IMG/VR virus record: IMGVR_UViG_3300026196_000001
Length of the DNA stretch: 20,000 nucleotides
Source of the DNA: an uncultured virus (IMG/VR IMGVR_UViG_3300026196_000001)
Taxonomy: Duplodnaviria > Heunggongvirae > Uroviricota > Caudoviricetes
Direction: 5' to 3' (one strand)
Below the pieces are notes generated by a model. The model was not told the DNA's origin. It saw nothing but the letters and a program-made list of their open reading frames with translations, and ran no database searches. Both the position numbers and the translations under genes were made by a program. This document shows, one piece after another, positions 1 through 7,782 of this stretch (the first letter of the stretch is position 1; every line of letters starts with the position of its first letter).

Positions 1-618
1 GGCGTCGGCACCGATGAGTATGAGTATGCCATCGGCAACCTCGCGAACCAGATCGAACTGAACGTCCCGCTCGCTGACAAGGCCACCGTCTCCTGGGGCT
101 TCGTCGGGCTCAGCGTCGATGACATCACCGCAACCCGGAAGACCGGCGCTGCTTCGGCGATCGAGCCTCTGCGCACGACCGCCCTGAACACCGGCCTGAA
201 CCTCGTCAGCATCACCACGGACGTCATCAGCGCAGTCTCCGACGTCTGCTTCAAGTCGCTGACGCTCACCATCAACAACAACGCGTCCCCGGAGCAGTGC
301 CTCGGGGTGGTCGGGGCCAGCTTCATCAACTCCGGCCTGTTCGAGGTGAGCCTCTCCGGGCAGATGCTCTTCACCAACAAGGCGATCGTCAACGCCGTGA
401 AGAACAACACCACAGTCACCTTCGCCGCCATCCTGGCGAACGAGGATGGAGCAATCGCGATCGACATGCCGACTCTGACGTTCGGTGACGGATCGCGCGA
501 GTTCCCGGTCGACCAGAGCGTTCTGGTCAACGTCACCGGCGAGACGTTCAAGGGGAGCGTCTTCGACCACGAGATCGGCATCACGATGCTCGCCAGCGTG
601 CCGACCGATCGCACCTAA
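1..618 (+). CDS. Major tail tube protein (5'-truncated by the window edge)
   Basis: Frame +1 is open from base 1 (GVGTDEYEYAIGNLANQIELNVPLADKATVSWGFVG...FKSLTLTINNN...FEVSLSGQMLF) to TAA at 616-618. The ORF track shows only the 307..618 part. The beta-rich tube-like motifs and the position just upstream of chaperone and tape measure genes support the call. Confidence 0.85.
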   Translation, partial: GVGTDEYEYAIGNLANQIELNVPLADKATVSWGFVGLSVDDITATRKTGAASAIEPLRTTALNTGLNLVSITTDVISAVSDVCFKSLTLTINNNASPEQCLGVVGASFINSGLFEVSLSGQMLFTNKAIVNAVKNNTTVTFAAILANEDGAIAIDMPTLTFGDGSREFPVDQSVLVNVTGETFKGSVFDHEIGITMLASVPTDRT

Positions 619-641
619 ACCCCAACCAAAGGCCACCAACG

Positions 642-1082
642 ATGAGTAAGTTCGCTCACCTCTCACAGCTCGATGTCTCCGGGAAGACCGCCTGGATGGA
701 CCTGGACGACATCGAGGGAACCCCTCGGCTCTGTATCCGCTACGCCGGACAGTCCAACAGCGGCTACTACAACGCCCTCCTGAAGCGCTCAGGCGGACGC
801 AGCCGCAAGGTCCTTACCGGACAGATGGACGTCCAGATGATCGTGGACAGCCTCGACGACGATCGCGAGCTGTTCCCGATGCACGTCATCACCGGCTGGG
901 AAGGAGTCAAGGACATGGACGGGAACGACGTCCCGTTCACCCGTTCAGCCTGCGCCGAGTTCTGCGCCGCGCTGCCGGACTGGATCTTCGACAAGATCCG
1001 GAACTTCGCCTCCATGCCGCACCGCTTCCTCGCCCCAGGTGAGGAGCCTGCACCGGACGCAGAGGAGCTGGGGGGAAACTAA
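642..1082 (+). CDS. Tail assembly chaperone (lambda gpG-like)
   Basis: 146-aa acidic protein with a 'VITGWEGVKDMDGNDVPFT' motif typical of tail chaperones. It lies between the tube and tape measure genes and ends in the slippery sequence G GGA AAC TAA. Confidence 0.85.
   Translation: MSKFAHLSQLDVSGKTAWMDLDDIEGTPRLCIRYAGQSNSGYYNALLKRSGGRSRKVLTGQMDVQMIVDSLDDDRELFPMHVITGWEGVKDMDGNDVPFTRSACAEFCAALPDWIFDKIRNFASMPHRFLAPGEEPAPDAEELGGN
1073..1079 (+). other. Programmed -1 ribosomal frameshift site (G GGA AAC)
   Basis: X XXY YYZ heptamer in the correct phase immediately before the stop. The -1 frame is open for 112 codons, while the other frame stops after 7 codons. Confidence 0.88.
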
Positions 1083-1417
1083 GGAAGCGCCTTCTGTATG
1101 ACCTGCGAATCGCGAGAGACGGCTGGGCGATCGAGTCCGGCCAGTATCAGCAGACCAGCGCAGGGCAGAAGGCGCTGCCGAAATGGTATACGGATGAGCC
1201 CATCCTCTACCGCGGCGACGAGTTCTACATCCGAGCCTTCTGGGAGCTTTCGAGCTGCCGCCAGTTCGGGCACGTCGTCGGGCCGATCCCATGGCATCGG
1301 ATCGTCCAGTATGCCCAGCTCTACCGGCTGGACCCAGACATGCTGGACGTGTTCACTGTCGTGATTCGGGAGATGGATGAGGAGTATCTGAGTATGCAGC
1401 GAGAGAAGACGAAGTGA
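1079..1417 (+). CDS. Frameshifted C-terminal extension of the tail chaperone (gpT part of a gpGT-like fusion, about 258 aa in total)
   Basis: The -1 frame reads LRKRLLYDLRIARDGWAIESGQ...EFYIRAFWELSSCRQFGHVVGPIPWHRIVQYAQLYRLDPDMLDVFTVVIREMDEEYLSMQREKTK*. The F-x-x-L-S-x-x-R...GPIPW-x-x-I-x-x-YA pattern is typical of these chaperone extensions. Its TGA overlaps the tape measure start (GTGA, 1414-1417). Confidence 0.85.
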   Translation, partial: LRKRLLYDLRIARDGWAIESGQYQQTSAGQKALPKWYTDEPILYRGDEFYIRAFWELSSCRQFGHVVGPIPWHRIVQYAQLYRLDPDMLDVFTVVIREMDEEYLSMQREKTK

Positions 1418-4134
1418 CCGACTTCAACATCAACATCAACGTGAACACCAAGGGTGCAGCGGCTGGCCTGAACAAGGTCAACCGCGGCGTCAATCGCCTG
1501 AGCAAGAGCGCTAATCGCGCACACGGCAGCCTCGGTCGCATGTTCTCCTTGCTCGTCGCTGTCCGTAGTGTCCGTTCTGGTGTGCGGGTCCTCGCGGACT
1601 ACAGTGACGCTATCCAGACCATCTCTGCTGTCACCGGCGAGACCGGCGCACAGCTTGAGCGTCTGAATCAGACCGCCAAGAAGCTTGGCATCACCACGAG
1701 CTTCACAGCCACACAGGCTGCTGAGGGCCTGACCCTCCTCGCTCGGGCAGGCTTCAGCGTGGACGAGTCCATCGCCGCAATCCCGGCGACCCTGAATCTC
1801 GCGAAGGCCGGAGCCATCGGGCTCGCGCAGGCCACGGAGATCGCCGCGAACACACTGCGCGCGTTCGGCATCGAAGCCGAGAACACCAGCAGGGTGGTGG
1901 ACGTCCTCGCCCTGACGGCCAACACCACCAACACCAACATCACCCAGCTCGGACAGTCCATGAAGTTCGCAGCCCCCATTGCACGCTCTCTGGGTGTGTC
2001 GCTGGAGGCTACCGGATCAGCACTTGGAGTTCTTGCCGACTCCGGCATCAAGGGATCGCTCAGCGGCACCAGCCTGCGGCAGGTCATGGCGTCCCTGGAG
2101 GCACCAACCCGCAAAGCGCAACGCGCCCTCGCCAGCCTCGGCCTGAGCGTCGAGGATGTCCAGGTCTCCAGCGTAGGCCTTGCAGGTGCGTTCAAGGCCC
2201 TCGCAGCTAGCGGTGCCACCCCGACCGAGATCTTCGCCCTGTTCACGCGGCGCTCCAGCACAGCCGCGTCAGTCCTGCTGGAGAATGTGCAGCGTCTCGA
2301 ACAGCTGGATGTCGCACTCAACAATGCCGCAGGCACCGGAGCACGCATGGCTGAGGTCATGGATGAAGGCCTGGGCAAGGCACTGCTCCGCGTCAAGTCT
2401 GCCATCCAGGGTGGAATCATCGCCCTCGGCGACTCCGGAATCACCGCACTGCTTGTGGAGCAGTTCGACAACCTCGCACTTCGTCTGCGCGCCGTCGCTG
2501 GCAACCTCGCTACGGTGGGCAAATACCTCGACGACCTTGGCCTCCTGACGAACACCACCGCCAAGAATCTCCGCGAGATGGAGAAGGCGGCCCGCCTGAA
2601 CGAGCTAGGTGCGCAAATCTCATTCGCCACGCGCGAGATGAACAACCTGAACCGCGCCATCCAGGAGCAGGAGAGCCGGGGCGGCAGCGCCACTGCTGGG
2701 CAGATCGCCCGGCTGGAGCAGCTGCAAGCAGCCATCGACGCCACGAAGCAGAAGATCAGGGAGCAGGCGGACGCGCAGAAGGTGCTCAACGACATCAGGG
2801 AGGCCGCGAAGCCTACCGTAGACTCGCTTCTGGCAAGGCTGGAGCGGCAGAAGGCGGCCCTGGCTGACCTGACCGAAGAGACGAAGATCCAGGCCAGGAC
2901 ACAGGACGAAGTGTCGCGGCTACTCCTCGCCGGAGAGAAGGTGTCTCCCGCTCAGAGGGAAGCGATCGCCAACTCGCTCAAGGAGATCGAGGCACTCAAA
3001 CAGAAGCGCGCGGCGCTGGAGTCGATCCTCGGGCCGCAGATGAAGAACGAGCAGCAGCTGGCGGCATTCAAGGCTCTTCTCGACGAAGGCGTCATCTCCC
3101 TCAGCCAGTTCAGGGATGCCACGGCTGGGCTCGCTGCCGCTGATCCGTTCCAGACCCAGGTGGAATCCCTGCGACAGGCGAATGAGCAGTTGCAGATCAG
3201 GGCGAACAACCAGGGGATCCAGGAGCGCCAGCTCCTGATCGAGCTGGAGCTTCGCAGGCAGGGTAAGGAGCTGACCGACGCGGAGCGCGACTCCCTCACT
3301 GGGCTTCTGACCGAGCACCAGAAGCTGACCGATAAGCTCAACGAACAGGCGAAGGCCGAGCGCGAACGGCAGGCTGCCGCCTCCAGGGCCGCGGCACTGG
3401 CCGACGCAGAGGCACGCCGGAAGGCCAACCTCATCAAGGAGCTGGACGTCACCGGCCAGCTCATCGAGAAGGAGCGCGAACTGCTGGCGCTGCGCGAGGA
3501 GTTCCCACTGCTCGCAGACGAGATCAATCGGAAGCTGGAGGACATCCAGTTGCGCGCGCTGGAGTCGAGCACGGCTCTGGGCGACGGCTTCACGAGGGCA
3601 CTCATCAAGGTCCGCCGCGAGGCTGAAGACCTCGCCTCCGTCGGCGAGAGCATCGTGAACGCGTTCGCGGATCAGGCCACGGAAGCCCTGGTCAAGTTCG
3701 CCGAGACCGGACAGTTCAAGTTCAAGGAGTTCGCCAGCGCGATCCTGAAGGACATTACGAGAATCATCGCTAGGCTCCTGGTCATGCAGGCCATCTCCGC
3801 TGCACTTGGTGGCGTTGGTGGAGGCGGCGTCGTGGCCGGGGGCTCAGCACTTACTGGTCTGGCGGGACGAGAGAGTGGCGGCACGGTCCAGCCCGAGCGC
3901 TCATTCATCGTCGGCGAAAACGGACCGGAGCTGTTCACCCCGAACAAGACCGGCACGATCACCCCGAGCGCGGCAACGCAGGCGCAGAATGCTCAGCCGC
4001 AGCCGGTGACGGTGCAGGTCGTCAACGTGGACGACCCGGAGATGGTCCCGCAGAGTATCAACGACGGCAGCAGCGACGAGGCCATCATCAACGTGCTGTC
4101 CAGAAATCGTGACAAGCTGAGAGGCATCCTGTAA
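1414..4134 (+). CDS. Tail tape measure protein (TP901-type N-terminal core)
   Basis: 906 aa, Ala/Leu-rich and helical. N-terminal 'TSFTATQAAEGLTLLARAGFS...TNTNITQLGQSMKFAAPIA...GIKGSLSGTSLR' core, a long coiled coil, 'FAETGQFKFKEFASAILKDI' and a C-terminal 'GG..V.....VGENGPELFTP' motif. Confidence 0.96.
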   Translation: MTDFNININVNTKGAAAGLNKVNRGVNRLSKSANRAHGSLGRMFSLLVAVRSVRSGVRVLADYSDAIQTISAVTGETGAQLERLNQTAKKLGITTSFTATQAAEGLTLLARAGFSVDESIAAIPATLNLAKAGAIGLAQATEIAANTLRAFGIEAENTSRVVDVLALTANTTNTNITQLGQSMKFAAPIARSLGVSLEATGSALGVLADSGIKGSLSGTSLRQVMASLEAPTRKAQRALASLGLSVEDVQVSSVGLAGAFKALAASGATPTEIFALFTRRSSTAASVLLENVQRLEQLDVALNNAAGTGARMAEVMDEGLGKALLRVKSAIQGGIIALGDSGITALLVEQFDNLALRLRAVAGNLATVGKYLDDLGLLTNTTAKNLREMEKAARLNELGAQISFATREMNNLNRAIQEQESRGGSATAGQIARLEQLQAAIDATKQKIREQADAQKVLNDIREAAKPTVDSLLARLERQKAALADLTEETKIQARTQDEVSRLLLAGEKVSPAQREAIANSLKEIEALKQKRAALESILGPQMKNEQQLAAFKALLDEGVISLSQFRDATAGLAAADPFQTQVESLRQANEQLQIRANNQGIQERQLLIELELRRQGKELTDAERDSLTGLLTEHQKLTDKLNEQAKAERERQAAASRAAALADAEARRKANLIKELDVTGQLIEKERELLALREEFPLLADEINRKLEDIQLRALESSTALGDGFTRALIKVRREAEDLASVGESIVNAFADQATEALVKFAETGQFKFKEFASAILKDITRIIARLLVMQAISAALGGVGGGGVVAGGSALTGLAGRESGGTVQPERSFIVGENGPELFTPNKTGTITPSAATQAQNAQPQPVTVQVVNVDDPEMVPQSINDGSSDEAIINVLSRNRDKLRGIL

Positions 4135-5783
4135 TGGCATTCCAACGTGAAGTAGGCAGCGGCGTCAACCGCGCAACGGACTATCGGGACCTCTGCTGCA
4201 AGATCGTCGGAATGGCCACGAGTCAGCACGTCGCGACCGTCGCAGTCAACGCGGGTGGCACCGGCTACACCGTCGGCGATCTCCTCACCCTCACGCACGC
4301 GGGAGCACTGCTCGATGCGCGCTTCGAGGTCACCTCCGTCTCCGCCGGAGTCATCACCGGGCTCCGCATCATCGACAGCGGTGCCTTCTCGAACCGGGTC
4401 GCCTCTGCCGTAGTGGGCAGTTCCGGCGGGTCCGGCTATGCGGTGGGCGACATCCTGGAGCTTCAGGGCGGCACGCAGCGCGAGAAGGCCAAGGTGAAGG
4501 TTGCCACACTGAGTGGCTCAGCCGTCGCCACCGTCACGGTCTTCGAGAACGGTGGGGCCTACACGGTTGCCCCGAGCGCCTCCGACACCACCGTCGGCAT
4601 CGGGCCAGGAGCCTACGCCGGGGATGACGCCTGCACGATCACCCCGACCATGACCGGCATGATCGGCACCACCGGGCTCTCTGTCACCGGAGGCACCGGC
4701 AGCTCGGCCACCGTCGACATCACACTGGCAGAGACCGGCTGGACGGTCGACGACCGGAACACCAACGACCGCACCGAGAACGGCCTGACGGACGAGAAGG
4801 AAGTCGTCCTCGTGGGCGATGCAACGGGGCTGACGAACAAGCCCTACGTCGGCATGATCACGGCCAACCGCACCAGCGGCATCGACACGCGCTACTCGAT
4901 CGCCATCAACGGAATGGTGGCCCACAATCCGAGCCTAGCGATCCACCAGTCTCCGCTGATCTACCCGAGCATCAACACCTCCACCGGGCTCCTACAGACC
5001 GGGTCCTACCTGCTGTGCCCGCAGAATCAGGCGCAGGAGATCGACTTCTGGTTCTCGATCGACGCCTTCCGCATCATGGTTGTCACCAACAACAACCCGG
5101 CCGCCGCGAACACCGACAACGGTGAATACATGCGGATGCACATGGGACTGATGAACAGCTATGGGACGGAGAACGAGAACCCCTACCCGATGATGGTGGG
5201 TGCTAGCTCGCGCCTGCCGGAGATCGACCCCGCGTCCTCCAACCTCAGCATCTCCGGGCTTCCGGAGTGTATCTGCCCGACCTCGACGACCCCCGCATGG
5301 TTCTGGTATGAGGCCGAGAACAGCGTGTGGCGCGAGATCGAGAACGGAGAGAACGCAGCGACCGGGGGCGACCACTTCTACGTCGCCTACCCGTTCGGCG
5401 ACTTGGCTCGACTTAGTTCGTCCTCATCGGCAGACAAGATCGTCGATGCGGGACCGATCGAGACGTTCGAGACCTGGGCTACCGTGACTCGCGGATCACC
5501 AAGCGCGAAGCTACGCCCCATCCCCGGATCCACTCCGCAGATCTTCCTGTGGCCGATCAACATCATCCGCCGTGCCGGAGGGGTGGCGAGTAACGCGATC
5601 GAGGACGGCCCCCGTGGGGAGGTGCGCGGCATGTTCTTCCTGACGGCCACCGACTCCAGCGGGAACCAGATCTCGAACTTCAGTGAGGACTACATCACGA
5701 TCGGGTCCGACCGCTACCGGGTATTCCACAACCACGTGCACACGCAGCGCTACCAATACATCTGTCTGCTGGAGGATGTGTAG
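4134..5783 (+). CDS. Virion structural (tail tip-associated) protein, paralog 1, with an inserted GGxGY repeat region
   Basis: 549 aa, coupled to the tape measure gene by TAATG. Gly/Thr/Ser-rich. Its C-terminus (GPRGEVRGM...ITIGSDRYRVF) resembles that of 6386..7408. Confidence 0.75.
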   Translation: MAFQREVGSGVNRATDYRDLCCKIVGMATSQHVATVAVNAGGTGYTVGDLLTLTHAGALLDARFEVTSVSAGVITGLRIIDSGAFSNRVASAVVGSSGGSGYAVGDILELQGGTQREKAKVKVATLSGSAVATVTVFENGGAYTVAPSASDTTVGIGPGAYAGDDACTITPTMTGMIGTTGLSVTGGTGSSATVDITLAETGWTVDDRNTNDRTENGLTDEKEVVLVGDATGLTNKPYVGMITANRTSGIDTRYSIAINGMVAHNPSLAIHQSPLIYPSINTSTGLLQTGSYLLCPQNQAQEIDFWFSIDAFRIMVVTNNNPAAANTDNGEYMRMHMGLMNSYGTENENPYPMMVGASSRLPEIDPASSNLSISGLPECICPTSTTPAWFWYEAENSVWREIENGENAATGGDHFYVAYPFGDLARLSSSSSADKIVDAGPIETFETWATVTRGSPSAKLRPIPGSTPQIFLWPINIIRRAGGVASNAIEDGPRGEVRGMFFLTATDSSGNQISNFSEDYITIGSDRYRVFHNHVHTQRYQYICLLEDV

Positions 5784-5786
5784 GAC

Positions 5787-6386
5787 ATGATTTGCCGACG
5801 TTGTAGCCAAGACACTGACCGATTCGCACCTAAGCGCCGAGTCTGTCGTGACTGCCAAGCCGCAGCCACTCAGGCGTGGAGAGAGGCGAATCGTGATCGT
5901 CATCGTAAGGCATCCAGTGATTGGCAGAAGCGGAACCCTGAAAAAGCCCAAGCAAGAAATAGGCGCTGGAAGGACGCCAACCCAGAGAGACATGCAGAGG
6001 TCACATCCAAGGCACATAAGAAGCACAGGGCATCAGGCAAAAAGTGGGCTTACGCACAGGAGCGCATGTCTAGTGATACTAACTTCCGGTTGAGAGTCAT
6101 ACTCCGATCTCGCCTAAACTCGGCGATGGCGGGACGACAGAAAACAGGCTCCGCAGTTCTCGATCTAGGCTGCTCAATCAGTGAGCTACGCGCGCATCTC
6201 GCAGCACAGTTCACTCCAGGCATGACATGGGACAACTACGGCCTTCGTGGTTGGCATATTGACCACATCACACCACTGGCGTCGTTCGACCTGACCGACC
6301 GGGAACAGCTACTACAGGCGTGCCATTACTCTAATCTACAACCCCTCTGGGCGAGCGACAACCTAACCAAAGGAGCCACAGTCTAA
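5787..6386 (+). CDS. Free-standing HNH endonuclease (putative homing endonuclease)
   Basis: N-terminal CxxC...CxxC zinc finger, basic W-x-x-x-N-P/R-E/D repeats, and a 'LGCS...QFTPGMTWDNYG..GWHIDHITPLASFDL...CHYSNLQPLWASDNLTKG' catalytic region. It has visibly more A/T-ending codons than its neighbours. Confidence 0.9.
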   Translation: MICRRCSQDTDRFAPKRRVCRDCQAAATQAWREANRDRHRKASSDWQKRNPEKAQARNRRWKDANPERHAEVTSKAHKKHRASGKKWAYAQERMSSDTNFRLRVILRSRLNSAMAGRQKTGSAVLDLGCSISELRAHLAAQFTPGMTWDNYGLRGWHIDHITPLASFDLTDREQLLQACHYSNLQPLWASDNLTKGATV

Positions 6387-7408
6387 TGGCCTACACCAAC
6401 CAGACGACGACGACCCTGCCGGACCTCATCAGCAAGCTCAACACATTCCTGGCCGCCAACGGCTGGACCACGCACCACGTCCCCGCGAGTGGGGAGTTCG
6501 CCGCGCGCAAGACAGCGACCGGTGTCGACGTCGCCCTCGCCGGACAGTGGAACACCAGCTCCGCCCTGCACATGGCGATCTACCAGTGGCACGGCGCAGC
6601 CTACAACTCCGGCGCAAGCCCATGGGCGCAGACCAACGACAGCGGGAACGGGGCAGCCAGCACCTCCAACGCCAGCATCGTCACGGAGCGCCTGATCGGA
6701 AACGTCGGCAGCCCGTTGCAGTTCTGGTGCTTCGAGGGCGACTACTACTTCCACGTCGTGATCGAGGCAAGCGTCGGTGAGTATGTCCACTTCGGCGCAG
6801 GAAGCCTGGAGAAGTTCAATGACTGGACCGGCGGCGACTACGTCTATGGCCATCGCTTCAACGGCTCCAGCAGCACCAACTCGGCTGTGGATGCCGGAAC
6901 CACGAATCTGCTCGATGGGCTGGTGAACGGGACAAATCTGGAGAAGCACGCGGCCACGGTCTATCTGATTGGGATGCTCAACCAGCCCGCTGGTGGCATC
7001 TACGGCGTCGTCATGGGCAACCAGTCCGCTGCCAGCCTGGGCCAGGATCGGCAGAGTGTGCCGAAGGACCGTGTGCACCTTATGGGCGGCTTCCGCGGCG
7101 GACCCTCCACGCTCCAGTGGGGCATGTTCCACGGCAACGTCGCCAGCGGCTTGCTGCCCGGCTACCCCATCACCATCTTCCACCGAGACGTTCTCGGCGG
7201 CACTCCCACCGGCGACATCGAGGGCCCTCTCGGGCGGATGCCAGACGTGCGGGGAATGAGCATCCGCAACTACGCGGGAGGCGACGAACTGGTCATCGGG
7301 AGCGACACATGGGTGGTGTTCCCGTCCTTCAAGAAGTATCCCGGCAGCGGGTCACTCGCAAACACCTCTGGCTACCAAGGCATCGCCTACAGGAAGAACA
7401 CACTATGA
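6386..7408 (+). CDS. Virion structural (tail tip-associated) protein, paralog 2
   Basis: 340 aa. 'MAY...DLISKLNTFLAANGWT' N-terminus and 'LGRMPDVRGM...GDELVIGSDTWVVFP...SGYQGIAYRK' C-terminus. This pattern recalls the post-tape-measure proteins of B3/D3112/YuA-like siphophages. Shine-Dalgarno AAGGAG at 6370-6375. Confidence 0.75.
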   Translation: MAYTNQTTTTLPDLISKLNTFLAANGWTTHHVPASGEFAARKTATGVDVALAGQWNTSSALHMAIYQWHGAAYNSGASPWAQTNDSGNGAASTSNASIVTERLIGNVGSPLQFWCFEGDYYFHVVIEASVGEYVHFGAGSLEKFNDWTGGDYVYGHRFNGSSSTNSAVDAGTTNLLDGLVNGTNLEKHAATVYLIGMLNQPAGGIYGVVMGNQSAASLGQDRQSVPKDRVHLMGGFRGGPSTLQWGMFHGNVASGLLPGYPITIFHRDVLGGTPTGDIEGPLGRMPDVRGMSIRNYAGGDELVIGSDTWVVFPSFKKYPGSGSLANTSGYQGIAYRKNTL

Positions 7409-7779
7409 CCAGTCTCATGATCGTCGTCACCTACCTCACCGGAGCCGTCCTCGACGGCTCGATCTCGCAGGAGCCTCCCGCACCGCAGGCCGGGGACACC
7501 AGCATCCCCATCGATGGCGGATCTCTCCCCTTGCAGGGCGCGAAGAAGATCCAGGTGATCGACGACGAGGACGAGCTTCTGCTGGGCAACCCGTGGTGGA
7601 ACCTGAAGATCCAGTTCGTCGACGGCATGGAGGGCTCGTTCTTCCTCCCGGAAGAGCCTTCCCTCCCACTGCCCCCGGCCGGGTTCGTGGAGCTTCAGGA
7701 CGCAGACGGCCACAAGGTCTGGGTCCCGGAGGAGGCCGTGTCCAGTGCAACCTCAAACGGGCCCTACTGGCGCGGCTAG
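7405..7779 (+). CDS. Hypothetical acidic protein (124 aa) within the tail operon
   Basis: The ATG at 7405 overlaps the upstream stop (ATGA), codon usage looks phage-like, and it fills the gap exactly. The ORF track's longer start at 7117 overlaps the previous gene and is unlikely. Confidence 0.7.
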   Translation: MTSLMIVVTYLTGAVLDGSISQEPPAPQAGDTSIPIDGGSLPLQGAKKIQVIDDEDELLLGNPWWNLKIQFVDGMEGSFFLPEEPSLPLPPAGFVELQDADGHKVWVPEEAVSSATSNGPYWRG

Positions 7780-7782
7780 GAT

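Noticed and set aside
1098..1364. 88-aa Ser-rich ORF listed between the chaperone and tape measure genes
   Set aside because: Wrong frame. The -1 frame (1079-1417) carries the chaperone motif and couples to the next gene.
5784..6386. Group I intron or intein hosting the nucleases (also 10388-10796)
   Set aside because: The flanking genes are intact with their own stops and starts, there is no non-coding space for a ribozyme core, and no intein splice motifs are present.
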